Source: Nitrospirota bacterium (GTDB taxonomy: Bacteria; Nitrospirota; Nitrospiria; Nitrospirales; Nitrospiraceae). Taken from it: DNA of 64,000 nucleotides. The notes under the pieces are model-generated. The model was not told the DNA's origin, searched no databases, and worked only from the letters and a program-made list of their open reading frames with translations. A program made the translations under genes and the position numbers. Below are positions 39,901 through 50,491 of the stretch, piece by piece. The number at the start of each line of letters is the position of its first letter. Positions within the stretch are counted from its first letter, which is position 1. The DNA is taken from the NCBI GenBank assembly GCA_963703955.1, contig CAVPGK010000006.1, forward strand, positions 96,001-160,000. Direction: 5' to 3'.

Positions 39901-40941
39901 TTACGTCATCCAGCGGAGGATCGTCTTCTCCGGCACGGGGTGGGTGAGGTCAGGACGGCCGGCCTGTTGATCCAGGTGATACTTTTGAAGCCGGCGATAC
40001 CAGACGGAGAGTTGGTCGGAGTCCAGACTTAAGTTCATCGTGGTCTTTTGAGTGTGACCGCGTTCCTGCAATTCGATGATGTCGCGGTCTTGACAGAGCG
40101 CCTTGCGGGCAATCAGACGCGCGAGCCAGGTCAGGGGAAACCATGCCCGCAGAAAATTCCAGCCCATCGTAAAGTCCAACCGCGTGGTCCCCTCGGTGAG
40201 CGGTGTCACGACCACCATGATTGCTCCCCACCGGGAACCGACTTCGAAGGTTTCCGTGTGAATGCCGGGCATGAGGAAATCCACCGTGGTCGTGGCCGGC
40301 GCGAGCGAGGGATTCAAGACACGAAAGACAATGGTGTTCGGTAGGCGCACGCTGGTGGCCACCGTTCGAAAGCCTTGGGCCAGCCGCGTGTACACTTTTT
40401 CCTTGAGCTTGGGCACGTGCCGTTGACGAAAAATGCCGTGGTGTATGAATGGGACATGCGCGGCATCGATGAAGTTGTCCACCGCCAGGTCCATCCTGGC
40501 CTTGACCGGAAGGGACATTCTGAGCACCGACACCGGGCTTCCGTCGGTGGGGGCCGGGAACATGGGAGGAGGATTCGCCGGTTTCGGACTACGGTCAGTG
40601 CCCATGTAGATCCAGATCCATCCATCCTGTTCCTGAACAGGAAAGGAGCAGACCGACGATGACTTCGGTAGAGTCCCATCTATCTGCGCCGGCACTTCCA
40701 CGCACTCTCCGGAGGAGGAGAACCGCCATCCGTGGTATCGGCAACGAATCGAATTGTCTTCTTGCCACCCGGCCGATAAGGGCACGCCACGGTGCGCACA
40801 GCGGTCTTCCAGCGCATGCGCGGCTCGGGACTCGTCTCGAAACAGGACGATGGGTTGGTTCAGCAGGATGGCCTGAGTCGGGCGACCTGTTTTCAGCCGT
40901 CGACTCTCCGCAGCAATGTACCAGAACCCTTCAAGCATCAT
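39901..40941 (-). CDS. Rieske non-heme iron oxygenase alpha subunit (VanA-like)
   Basis: CAH…CRYHGW Rieske ligands; DNFIDAAHVPFIH; C-terminal QD. Confidence 0.9.
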   Translation of the reverse strand: MMLEGFWYIAAESRRLKTGRPTQAILLNQPIVLFRDESRAAHALEDRCAHRGVPLSAGWQEDNSIRCRYHGWRFSSSGECVEVPAQIDGTLPKSSSVCSFPVQEQDGWIWIYMGTDRSPKPANPPPMFPAPTDGSPVSVLRMSLPVKARMDLAVDNFIDAAHVPFIHHGIFRQRHVPKLKEKVYTRLAQGFRTVATSVRLPNTIVFRVLNPSLAPATTTVDFLMPGIHTETFEVGSRWGAIMVVVTPLTEGTTRLDFTMGWNFLRAWFPLTWLARLIARKALCQDRDIIELQERGHTQKTTMNLSLDSDQLSVWYRRLQKYHLDQQAGRPDLTHPVPEKTILRWMT

Positions 40942-41197
40942 GCCCCCTGCCTGCTGGAGACCAGGCTAGCCTTACTGCGCGCCTTTCTTACCCTCCCACC
41001 CGACCATCGTACTTCCATGTCAATCATCCATCCGCTGCGCACTCAAACAATTCACAGTACTGCCTTCAGGCAGGCGGGTCAAGAGCATGGTGCCTTCGAA
41101 GTGACTATGCGATAATGAACTCAGAGAACCTTGGTCCATCTGTAGTGAAGCCCAATCGGGAAACAGTGATGGAATTCCCCATGAGTGAGACGGACGC

Positions 41198-42232
41198 GTG
41201 AAAGCGGTTGTCAAGACCGCACCGAAGCCGGGGCTCACCTTGCAGCCAATGCCTGACCCGAGCCCCGGCGAGGCCGAAGTGCTGGTCCGTGTGAAGGCCA
41301 CCTCGCTCTGCGGCACCGACGCGCATATCTATTTTTGGGATGAGTGGGCGCAAGGTCGTATCCGTCCTCCGCGGATCATCGGCCATGAGATGTGCGGCGA
41401 AGTCGCGGAATTAGGCCCGGGCGTCACGACCATGGCGGTCGGCGATTACGTGGCCGCCGAATCGCATCTGACATGCGGTGTCTGCTTTCAATGTCGCACC
41501 GGCCAGGCTCACGTGTGCAAGAATTACCGCATCCTCGGCGTCGACGTGGACGGATCCTACGCCGAATACGTGGTGCTCCCGGAACGGGTGCTGTGGAAGA
41601 CCACGCGGGAGATCCCTCCCGAGTTGGCGTGCGCGCAAGAACCCCTCGGTAACGCGGTCTATGCGACCCTGATCGAAGATGTGACCGGGAAGTCGGTGCT
41701 GATCAGCGGGTGCGGCCCAACGGGCCTCTTCGCCGCGGCCATCGCGCGAGTGGCCGGCGCCTCACCGATCATTGCGACCGACGTCAGCGATTACCGGATC
41801 GGATTGGCCAAGCAGTTGGGCGTGGATCATGTCCTCAATGCCGAGACCGAGTCCCCCGAAGCCATCGCCACAGCCATTCGAGATATTACGGGAGGTGAGG
41901 GCGTGGACGCCGCGTTGGAAATGTCGGGTAACCCCGGAGCGCTTCATCAAGCCTTCCGGTCCGTTAAGAACGGAGGACGAGTGAGTCTCTTCGGCATTCC
42001 CACGGGACAGGTCAGTTTTGATCTGCCGAACGAAATCATCTTTAAAGGCATCCGCGTGTACGGCGTCACCGGCCGCCGATTGTTTGACACCTGGTACCGG
42101 CTGGCGGGTCTCTTCAAAGCCGGTCTCGACATCCGGCCGGTCGTCACGCACACCTTTCCGATGGCAGACTTTGCCAAGGGCTTCGAGTTGATCAAGGCCG
42201 GAAATTGCGGCAAGGTGGTTCTGTTTCCATAA
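41198..42232 (+). CDS. tdh: L-threonine 3-dehydrogenase
   Basis: CGTDAHIY.WDEWA, GHE, AESH..CG.C..C; adjacent to kbl. Confidence 0.92.
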   Translation: MKAVVKTAPKPGLTLQPMPDPSPGEAEVLVRVKATSLCGTDAHIYFWDEWAQGRIRPPRIIGHEMCGEVAELGPGVTTMAVGDYVAAESHLTCGVCFQCRTGQAHVCKNYRILGVDVDGSYAEYVVLPERVLWKTTREIPPELACAQEPLGNAVYATLIEDVTGKSVLISGCGPTGLFAAAIARVAGASPIIATDVSDYRIGLAKQLGVDHVLNAETESPEAIATAIRDITGGEGVDAALEMSGNPGALHQAFRSVKNGGRVSLFGIPTGQVSFDLPNEIIFKGIRVYGVTGRRLFDTWYRLAGLFKAGLDIRPVVTHTFPMADFAKGFELIKAGNCGKVVLFP

Positions 42233-42250
42233 GAGTAGCGATCAGTTTCA

Positions 42251-43483
42251 ATGGCCTACCAGTCGTTCAAAAAAGCCGTCGAACAACAGCTAGCCGAGAT
42301 TCGCGCAACCGGCCTCTATAAGACCGAGCGACAGATCCTCGGGCCGCAGGGTTCCGAGATCAGGGTCGCTCAAGGGGAGGTCCTGAATCTGTGCGCCAAT
42401 AATTATTTGGGATTGGCCAACCATCCCGATGTGGTAAAGGCGGCGGCGGTAGGACTTCGTCAATACGGCTACGGCATGGCCTCGGTGCGATTCATTTGCG
42501 GGACGCAAGATCTTCACAAGAGACTGGAGCAGGACCTGACGACGTTCTTGGGAACAGGCGCCACCATTTTGTACAGCTCCTGTTTCGATGCGAATACCGG
42601 TCTCTTCGAGACCCTCCTTGATGAGCGGGATGCCGTTATCAGTGACGCCCTCAACCACGCCAGTTTGATCGATGGGATCCGTCTGTGTAAGGCCAAGCGA
42701 CTGCGCTATGCGCATTCCGACATGACACAATTGGAGGCCGCGCTGAAGGATGCAGGCGGGGCTCGGCTGCGGTTCATCGCGACAGACGGCGTCTTTTCGA
42801 TGGATGGAGACCTGGCCAGGCTGGATGCAATTGCAGACCTGGCCGACCGCTATGACGCCGTCGTCATGGTAGACGATAGTCATGCGACGGGTGTCCTGGG
42901 ACAATGCGGTCGAGGGACGCCGGACCATTTTGGCGTGGCGGATCGCATCGACCTCGTCACGAGCACGCTGGGAAAGGCCCTGGGCGGGGGTTCCGGTGGG
43001 TTCACCTCCGGTCGAGCCGAGCTCATCGAATTGTTGCGGCAGCGTTCGCGGCCCTACCTGTTCTCAAACTCGCTGCCGCCGGTGGTCGTGACCGCGTCGA
43101 TCCGAGCGTTGAAATTGGTCGCCCAGGGGGAAGCGCTACGCTCAACGCTGCGCGAGAATACCGAATTCTTTCGGTCGGAACTGACCAGGCTCGGCTTCAC
43201 CCTCGTTCCCCGGGAAGAGGCGCGCATTGGCGAACCTGGAGCGGGCGGGTATCATGTCTTGCATCCGATTATCCCCGTGATGCTGGGCGAGGCCTCGCTC
43301 GCGGCTCGGATGGCCGATCGGTTGCTTGATGAAGGAATCTATGTGATCGGATTCAGCTACCCGGTGGTGCCGAAGGGGCAAGCCCGTATCCGCGTGCAGA
43401 TATCGGCGGCCCACACCCGCCAGCAGCTTGAGCAGGCCGTACGGGCATTTGCAACTGTAGGGCGCGAGCTGAATGTGATTTAG
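42251..43483 (+). CDS. kbl: Glycine C-acetyltransferase (2-amino-3-ketobutyrate CoA ligase)
   Basis: [33 protein letters not shown]. Confidence 0.95.
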   Translation: MAYQSFKKAVEQQLAEIRATGLYKTERQILGPQGSEIRVAQGEVLNLCANNYLGLANHPDVVKAAAVGLRQYGYGMASVRFICGTQDLHKRLEQDLTTFLGTGATILYSSCFDANTGLFETLLDERDAVISDALNHASLIDGIRLCKAKRLRYAHSDMTQLEAALKDAGGARLRFIATDGVFSMDGDLARLDAIADLADRYDAVVMVDDSHATGVLGQCGRGTPDHFGVADRIDLVTSTLGKALGGGSGGFTSGRAELIELLRQRSRPYLFSNSLPPVVVTASIRALKLVAQGEALRSTLRENTEFFRSELTRLGFTLVPREEARIGEPGAGGYHVLHPIIPVMLGEASLAARMADRLLDEGIYVIGFSYPVVPKGQARIRVQISAAHTRQQLEQAVRAFATVGRELNVI

Positions 43484-43538
43484 GCAAGAACTTCGTCAAG
43501 ACTGTGCGCTCCGATCTCTCCCCTCTCGCTTCGATTCA

Positions 43539-44567
43539 CTATTCCCGGATCTGTCTCGCTCTCCGTTGAAGGTACGCGTTACGGACCGAGCCATACAGGT
43601 CGATGGTCGCCTCCTCGACTCCTTGGAAGGTCTCCAGATTAAGAGCCCGTTCGTTGACGATCTCACCGACCCGCGTTCCGAACTGTGCAAAAAACGTGGT
43701 CCACCGATCGGTATGGTCGATCAGAGAAGGCGCTCCATCAATTTCTATCGACGGGAAGACCAGGTAGTTAATGGGATCGAGGAAGATGTCACCGGCATAG
43801 CCAATGACATCTCGAAGCGTAAAGGGAGGCAGGAACGGCAGAATGAGATAGGGACCGGGCTTGAATCCGTACACCCCCAATGTCTGACCCAGGTCTTCGT
43901 CCGGCGTCTGCATACCGAATACGTCATAAGCGAAATCCATGAATCCGGCGACACCCAAGGTGCTGTTGACCAAGAAGCGACCCATCTCTAACCCAGCCCC
44001 TCTTATTTTTCCCTGGAAGAGGTTGTTCATCAAGCGCGGAACGAACCGAACATTGTGAAAGAAGTTTCGAATACCGCGTTGGGCCGCATCGGGCATGACC
44101 TTGTCGTAGGCGGTGGCCACGGGCTTGAGCAGGTACTTGTCCACCTTCAGATTGAACTCAAACATGGCGGAGTTGTACGGTTCCCACGGATCATATTCTT
44201 CCGCGGCTGCCGTACGACGGTCTTCGTCGGTTTCGAAGGGATCGTACGGCTCTTCGACCCCTTCGATTACCTCGGTCTTTCGACCCGGCTTCTGGGGTTG
44301 GGGGGGTTCCTTTGGCTTCTTGTCCGAGGGCGGCTCGGCCTCAGCGACCCTTATCGGAACTATCTCCAGGCCGGGTGAGCTGACGGGAGAGAGCGCATCT
44401 GGAGCCTGAGCCGATTCGTCGACGAAACTGTCGCTCGTCGGTTCCAGGGAGAGGGGTGATGCGACAAGCCCGATCCCGTGATCAGGAGTATTGGCACAGC
44501 CCACGATCCCATAGATCAGAAAAGCGACAAGTATCCAGCGCACCACCCCGCTTCTATCTCGATCCAA
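43539..44567 (-). CDS. mlaA: VacJ/MlaA lipoprotein
   Basis: Lipobox IVGC, DPWEPYN, EDLGQTLG, GPYLILPFL, Y..VRNAYLQRR. Confidence 0.9.
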   Translation of the reverse strand: MDRDRSGVVRWILVAFLIYGIVGCANTPDHGIGLVASPLSLEPTSDSFVDESAQAPDALSPVSSPGLEIVPIRVAEAEPPSDKKPKEPPQPQKPGRKTEVIEGVEEPYDPFETDEDRRTAAAEEYDPWEPYNSAMFEFNLKVDKYLLKPVATAYDKVMPDAAQRGIRNFFHNVRFVPRLMNNLFQGKIRGAGLEMGRFLVNSTLGVAGFMDFAYDVFGMQTPDEDLGQTLGVYGFKPGPYLILPFLPPFTLRDVIGYAGDIFLDPINYLVFPSIEIDGAPSLIDHTDRWTTFFAQFGTRVGEIVNERALNLETFQGVEEATIDLYGSVRNAYLQRRARQIRE

Positions 44568-44781
44568 GTGTCTGCTCCTTCCCCTCGGGTGTCATGATGA
44601 ACCCTCGATTCATCCGTCCGTGCGCAATGTCGGCGCACTTTACCAGAATGTTGTTGCGAGGGCCACCACCTGATACCCTTGAAGCCTCAGAAAAAGTGAA
44701 AGAAAGGAAGATTGTGTTTGGCGGCACGGATCGTTCCCGGTCATACGAGAACCCGCAACACTCCGCGAAGGAGACGTGAAC

Positions 44782-45885
44782 CTAGAGCGAGGCTTGGATG
44801 GCTTTCCAATCCAGCTCAATCGGCGCCGGCGCTAGCGGAGGCAATGCGGCGGCGCAGGACATCAAACGCTCCGCACGAGCGGCGCTCATAGGGTGGGTTG
44901 AGAGCAGGTCAACCTGGTGGGGATCGGTTTGCGATAAGCGTTCGAAGAATCGAATCATGCCGGACGGAGAGATACGCGCGCGATAGAGGAGATCAAGGCC
45001 CGCCAAGTCGGCTTCGGTTTCCATACGGCGGCTAAAGGTCAAGCTGGTCAATTGAACGCCCAATCGCTCCATCACTCCGATGACGCCTTCCTGATCGCCT
45101 AGAACAATTTTCACCACCGCCAGCATTCCGAGATTTTTCACCGTTGCGTGCAGGCCGTGCCGCAGCAGCACATGGTTCATCTCATGCGCGAGAACACCGG
45201 CGACTTCTTCAGGAGTCTCGGCTTCCTTGACCAAACCGGAGAAGACAACGATGGGGCCTCCCGGCAAGGCAACGGCATTCACCATCTCGCTACGAACCAG
45301 TGTCACGTCAAACCGATAGGGACTGTTGGGGATCTGATCGGTCAGCCGGCGGACGATCTCGTGAATCGCTGTCACGGCAGCCCCATCCTTCACCACCGTT
45401 TTCCCCGCGAGGACATCCTGGCGAGCCGATCCACCGATCTGCTGTTCCCACGTCACGGGAATGCGATTCACGGCCACTCCGACCAGCTCATCGAAACTGA
45501 ACCAGATGATGATAGGCAGCGCGATGCCCGAAACCGCCGTCCCCCACAGAAAAACGCTCCGCCTGAGTTGAACGCGGCGCACCTGTTTCGCCGTGTGCTC
45601 AAGCGTTCCGACCAACTCGGGAGGGGCAAATTCGCGAAAAGATCGGATCAGTGCCGGATCTTTAACATAGACCGTTCGATCCGCTCCGTCGTCCATCCAT
45701 TTCAGCAGAAGCTGATCGTGGTCGAACCCGCCCGCTCCGATCGACAGCGCGCCAAAGGGAATCGTGTCATACGAGGAATCGGGGAATTGAATGGTGAGAC
45801 CAGCAGATGCGAGATCGATATGGCAGGGTGCCCCCGAAGCAGGAAGATCGCGGCCGAAGCACAGCGCATTCGGGGTGATAGGCAT
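44782..45885 (-). CDS. M48 family metallopeptidase
   Basis: NAVALPGG, AHEMNH, E.EAD, STHP. Confidence 0.9.
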   Translation of the reverse strand: MPITPNALCFGRDLPASGAPCHIDLASAGLTIQFPDSSYDTIPFGALSIGAGGFDHDQLLLKWMDDGADRTVYVKDPALIRSFREFAPPELVGTLEHTAKQVRRVQLRRSVFLWGTAVSGIALPIIIWFSFDELVGVAVNRIPVTWEQQIGGSARQDVLAGKTVVKDGAAVTAIHEIVRRLTDQIPNSPYRFDVTLVRSEMVNAVALPGGPIVVFSGLVKEAETPEEVAGVLAHEMNHVLLRHGLHATVKNLGMLAVVKIVLGDQEGVIGVMERLGVQLTSLTFSRRMETEADLAGLDLLYRARISPSGMIRFFERLSQTDPHQVDLLSTHPMSAARAERLMSCAAALPPLAPAPIELDWKAIQASL

Positions 45886-46015
45886 TACAGCAGGAAGCTC
45901 ATATTTGCGCACGCCCGCGAGTCGGTGAGCGGGTAGTGTCTTCGTGAGGCGGCAGGGTCTCTCGTTGAGGATTTTTTCGACCCCAGAACAAAGTTGGAGG
46001 TCTTTTTCACCATCC

Positions 46016-46699
46016 TCATTCGGAGACAGGGAGGAATTGGCGTATCCACGACCCAAACCCGCCAGGATTGCGAGTCTGGAGGTAAACCACTCCGGGGCCG
46101 CGGAACCGGCAAACGAACCCTTCGCCAGAGGTCAGGCTGGCAATCCACCCGGCGGCAGCCTTCTCAATGCTGTATGTCGTCGTGCTGGTCCAGGCCACCA
46201 AGTGACTGTTGTCCACGATGTACTCCTGGTCCGGTTTGAGATCGATGGAATGAATCGCACCGAAGCTGTTGAGGATCAATTGACCGCGCCCACTGATCCT
46301 CAGGATGAAAAAGCCTTCGCCGCCGAGAAGCCCTCGGCTGAGACTCTGCATTCGGCTCTCGATCTTGATTCCGTCGGCGCCGGCCAAAAACCCGTCTTTC
46401 TGAACCAAGTACTCGTTCACTCCGTCAAGTTCGAGAATGACAATGTCCCCGGGAACCGTGGGCGCGAGCAACACCTCTCCAGGACCTCGGGTCGCTCGTA
46501 ACGTCTGAAAGAAGAATTTCTCACCGGTGAGCACCTTGCGAGAGAGGGCGCCCAGTAACCCACCCTCCATCTTGCTTTCTACATCAATGGTAGGCGATGA
46601 GGCGACCATCGCGCCCGACTCGGCCTTCACATTTTCTCCTGCCGCCAGATCGATGCGCACCATCGGAAACGCCCCAGGGTACAGAATTTCACTTTTCAT
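46016..46699 (-). CDS. AIM24/TIGR00266 family protein
   Basis: AESGAMV, GEGFF, SGEGFVCRFRGPG…QTRN. Confidence 0.92.
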   Translation of the reverse strand: MKSEILYPGAFPMVRIDLAAGENVKAESGAMVASSPTIDVESKMEGGLLGALSRKVLTGEKFFFQTLRATRGPGEVLLAPTVPGDIVILELDGVNEYLVQKDGFLAGADGIKIESRMQSLSRGLLGGEGFFILRISGRGQLILNSFGAIHSIDLKPDQEYIVDNSHLVAWTSTTTYSIEKAAAGWIASLTSGEGFVCRFRGPGVVYLQTRNPGGFGSWIRQFLPVSE

Positions 46700-47094
46700 T
46701 CAATGCGTCTCCCATCATGGAACACGCGGCTAGCAGTATAACGCCGGCAGCCATACATCATCATCGCATGGTGGCAAAACCGCAGCCGGTCGCCCTTGCC
46801 AACCAGCCCCCTCACCCCGCTACCCATCCATAGATTAGGCAAGGCGAGTACCGCCTAGAATTGCCATTTCCATAACGTATTGTTCTGTTGAGGATTCGCC
46901 TCGCCTCTCATGTTATCCTGTCCGCCTAGTATTGTCTATTTGTAGGAAGTTCGTTAGCTATCCGTTAGCTACCGAAAGCTTACGTTTCTGTCTGTTTGCG
47001 CCGCAATTCAATCTGGGTACAGAGTGCTGAAACTGGGCTGCTGCCGGTTTCAAAGACACCGAGTTAGGTGTATGGATGAAACCGGAGGTGAGCC

Positions 47095-47385
47095 ATGGAG
47101 CGACGAAAGTTTACGCGGGAGTTCAAAGTTGAGGCGGTGAAGCTGATTAGGGAACGCGGGGTGACGGTGGCGCAAGCCGCACGCGATTTGGGCGTGCATG
47201 GCACGGTGTTGCGGCGATGGGTGCAGGAGTGTGCAGCCGATCCGCAGCAGGCCTTTCCGGGCCAGGGGCAGATGAAACCCGAGCAGGCGGAGCTCGCGCG
47301 GCTCCGCCGTGAAGTCCTCAAGCTGAAGGCGGAGCGCGACATCTTAAAAAAAGCCGCGGCCTACTTCGCGAAGGAGGCGCTGTGA
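47095..47385 (+). CDS. IS3 transposase OrfA
   Basis: RRKFTREFK.EAV…ARDLGV…ILKKA. Confidence 0.92.
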   Translation: MERRKFTREFKVEAVKLIRERGVTVAQAARDLGVHGTVLRRWVQECAADPQQAFPGQGQMKPEQAELARLRREVLKLKAERDILKKAAAYFAKEAL

Positions 47386-48248
47386 CGTTCGCCTTCATCG
47401 CGAAGCACCGGGGAATTTGGCCGGCGGGATGGTTGTGTGAGGCGCTCGGTGTCTCGCGGGAGGCTTCTATGCCTGGCGGACCCGGCCGCCGAGTGTCCGG
47501 GCGCGGGCCGATGAGCAGTTGCTGATCAGAGTGCGGGCCAGCTTCCTCACCAGCGATCGCACCTACGGCGCTCGGCGTGTCTGGCACGACCTGCTCGTGG
47601 AGGGAATCGCCTGTGGCCTCCATCGCATTGAGCGGCTGATGCGGCACGCCGCCTTGCGCGCACGTCCAGACGGCGACGGATGCCGATCGACACCGGGGTG
47701 CGCTCGACGAACGCCCTGGCGCCGAATGTGCTCAACCGGACGTTCGACGCCTCGTCGGCGAACCGCAAATGGGTCGCGGACTTCACCTATCTCTGGACCG
47801 CCGAAGGCTGGCTCTACGTCGCCGCGGTCGTCGATCTCTTCTCGCGACGGGTGGTCGGCTGGTCCATGAGTGCGACGATGACCGCGCAGCTCGTCACCGA
47901 TGCGCTCGTGATGGCGATCTGGCGGCGGGGGAAGCCCGAGACCGGGCTGCATCACTCCGATCGAGGCAGCCAGTACACGAGTGAGCCGTTCCAGCGGCTC
48001 CTGGCCGACCACGGCGTCACCTGTAGCATGAGCCGGGCCGGCAACGTCTGGGACAATGCGGCGATGGAGAGCTTCTTCTCCTCGCTGAAAACCGAACGCA
48101 CGGCAGCGTAAGACGTACCGCACGCGAGCCCAGGCCAAGGCCGACGTGTTCGATTACATCGAACGTTTCTACAATCCGACGCGGCGGCACTCCACGCTCG
48201 GGTATCTCAGTCCGATGGAGTTCGAAATGAAGGCCGGATTAGCGTAAG
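47382..48248 (+). pseudogene. IS3 transposase OrfB (DDE), several frameshifts
   Basis: WVADFTY, HHSDRGSQY, WDNAAMESFF spread over different frames. Confidence 0.85.
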
Positions 48249-49432
48249 CGGGTGTCCACCAAACCGGCAGCAGCCCAAACTTGAGTCCGGAGTATGATAC
48301 CTAAATCATCGTCCGGACCAAATTTCGGCGTGTAGAGTGACATGACTCTATCAGTCTTTAACAATTCTGATAAAGCTCGCTTTGCGGATTGTTTGTGGAA
48401 AACGCCATAAGTAGAGCCACCGTTTCGATTGAGTAGGGAGAAACACGGTATATCAGTTAAGCCGTCTCCAGCATAGATCATGTTTTTGAGAGGAATTCTT
48501 CGTTTATCTTCTTTGACGTCCTTGTTAACAGCCAATGGGTTTTTCTTCGCATCTTCTGGTCTAATACCTTTATTGATTTCAAAGAGAAACCGCGTCTTTT
48601 CGGTAAAGGTTATGCACCGTTTTATATGTTTCAACATTCCATCTTCCGTGTCTCCTACCAATTGACACCCATACACAGCGCTAAAGTTTTTACCGACCAG
48701 TTCACATCCTTCCACGATTTCCTGCAATCCGCCAGAAATGATATAGAATTCAATCGATATGTCTGGGAATTCCTTCACCAGATTTCGAAGATCATCAAAA
48801 AATGTATCGAGTCCTTGGAAGAATAGCGGATCTAGTTTTCTACTGAAGCCGCGTAATTTTTGATTTGTGAGTGCCCCGAGTGGCTTATTGGGGCCGATGT
48901 TGTCGAGGACAAGTTTGAGGTAAGCATGGGCGGGATCGAAGCCGGTGGCTACTAGTGCCGCAACATCATTGGTCCAGAACTTCTTCGCATCAATACCATG
49001 TTCTTCGAGCAGTTTCGTTGTTGAATCAGGCACCAGGGTATCATCGAAGTCAAAGATCAGACCCAAGATCTCATGCGAACTACTCATGCGGGGCTAGGCA
49101 GGAGCTGCAAAGAGAGATTGATTAGAGCTGCTTAGAAGGCCGAATTGACTGAACTTTAGCTAGCTTTTTCGAAAAGGTGAGGAGCTTGGTCGTTGCCTGC
49201 CTTAAGACGTTTCTCTCCTGAACATGCATGGGAGGAACTGCACGCGTTTGGCGATCAGCGGCGATTGAGCGAGATTTTGTCATAATGACCCTTCTTAAGG
49301 AATTCAACAGGCTTGTTTGATACAGAGGCGACTTTATTTAATCCTTTTGCGTGAGAAAGTCAATTCCGTGTGAGCATGGTCTCATCCTTCTCTAGTCTAC
49401 ATTTTGATGTTTGTTTGATGCGTCACGGGACG

Positions 49433-49570
49433 CTATCCATGGAGCAGCGCCCCCAGCTTCGCCGCCGCTTCCTGCTGCCTACTGGGGAGCACGTGCGCGT
49501 AGACATCCATCGTGATCGTAATCGATTGGTGTCCCAGCCGTTCCTGCACGACCTTGGGCGGCACGCCCGG
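49433..49570 (-). pseudogene. Tyrosine recombinase C-terminal remnant
   Basis: GVPPKVVQERLGHQSITITMDVYAHV (box II His/Tyr); the upstream catalytic region is absent. Confidence 0.85.
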
Positions 49571-49966
49571 TGGGCACGTTCTATTTGCTTTGTACCGAGC
49601 TTGGGCGACTACTTCATGTGGCGTCGTGACCGCGTGCTCCGGTCCCTCGGTTTGTACATAGCCTCTCGACATCATGCACTCGCGATAGACCTGCTCCGCT
49701 CGAAGGCGGGCGGCGACGCCCGTGCTTTTCATGTGTTGGAGCTTCGCTGCCGTTTCGGCCTTCTCTCGGCAGTCCGATGAATCCCGCTCCAGCGTCACTC
49801 CTGGACGGCCCCCCGACCATTTGATGTCCTCATAGCGGGCGGCACAGCCGGGAATGAGAAGGAGTAGCGAGAACAGGATGAGCGGGTTCGTGACGGCACC
49901 CGAATCCGTCGGTCTCTTACCGCTCTTGCCTCTTCCGCTGCTTTCCGGCTCAAAGCGTTTGGGCAT
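49571..49966 (-). CDS. Putative lipoprotein fused in frame to the integrase stub
   Basis: LLLLIPGC lipobox; D..DC…Y.ECM..RGY motif. Confidence 0.5.
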
Positions 49967-50491
49967 CGAGTTATGTTCTTTTAGCGTCCACAGGAACTGT
50001 GGACAACTCTGTGGAGAAGACTGGCTGTTGTCAGGCGTTGACCTACACCACTGCGGTAGTTGACACTTTGCCCAGGATTTAGGCATTGGGGATGAGGGCC
50101 ATCGTGGCCCCATATGTTGAGCAGCATGATGACAAGGGGGATGCCACCCCTCTCTTTAAGTCCGCGATGTCTTCCGCACGGAGTGATGCGGGGACCGATA
50201 GGAACACAAGGAGCGTCACGCCCAACAGAAAGACTACGGGGCGAGACACTTTCTCGACATCAGCGCCGTTTGACTAGTTTGCCCATCTGATAGTCCTGCG
50301 AGGGCGCTGGTGATTCTGAGCGATCCCCAAGGACTTGTCAATGTCTCGGAGGGTCGCTACCTTATCGGCCACGTTGATCAGGCATTCCCCATTGCAGAAT
50401 GCCTGCTCCAATAACGCATAGGCACTTCTCGATTGACTATGCCAACCGCATTGGTCAGTATCAATACCAACTTTCCACCTCACCGTTGTCC

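Larger units (their letters stand above)
47034..48277 (+). mobile_element. IS3-family insertion sequence
   Basis: IRs TGGGCTGCTGCCGGTTT / AAACCGGCAGCAGCCCA; 3-bp AAC target duplication; A7G frameshift motif at 47346-47353. Confidence 0.95.
46980..49087 (-). pseudogene. HAD-superfamily hydrolase interrupted near its 3' end by IS3
   Basis: FDFDDTL, IISGG, K, AGDGLTD motifs; removing the IS restores …LRTQVSALCTQIELRRKQTET*. Confidence 0.85.

Noticed and set aside
46700..46980. tRNA at the island boundary
   Set aside because: No cloverleaf or TTCGA arm recognised; the boundary repeat matches a protein-coding 3' end instead.
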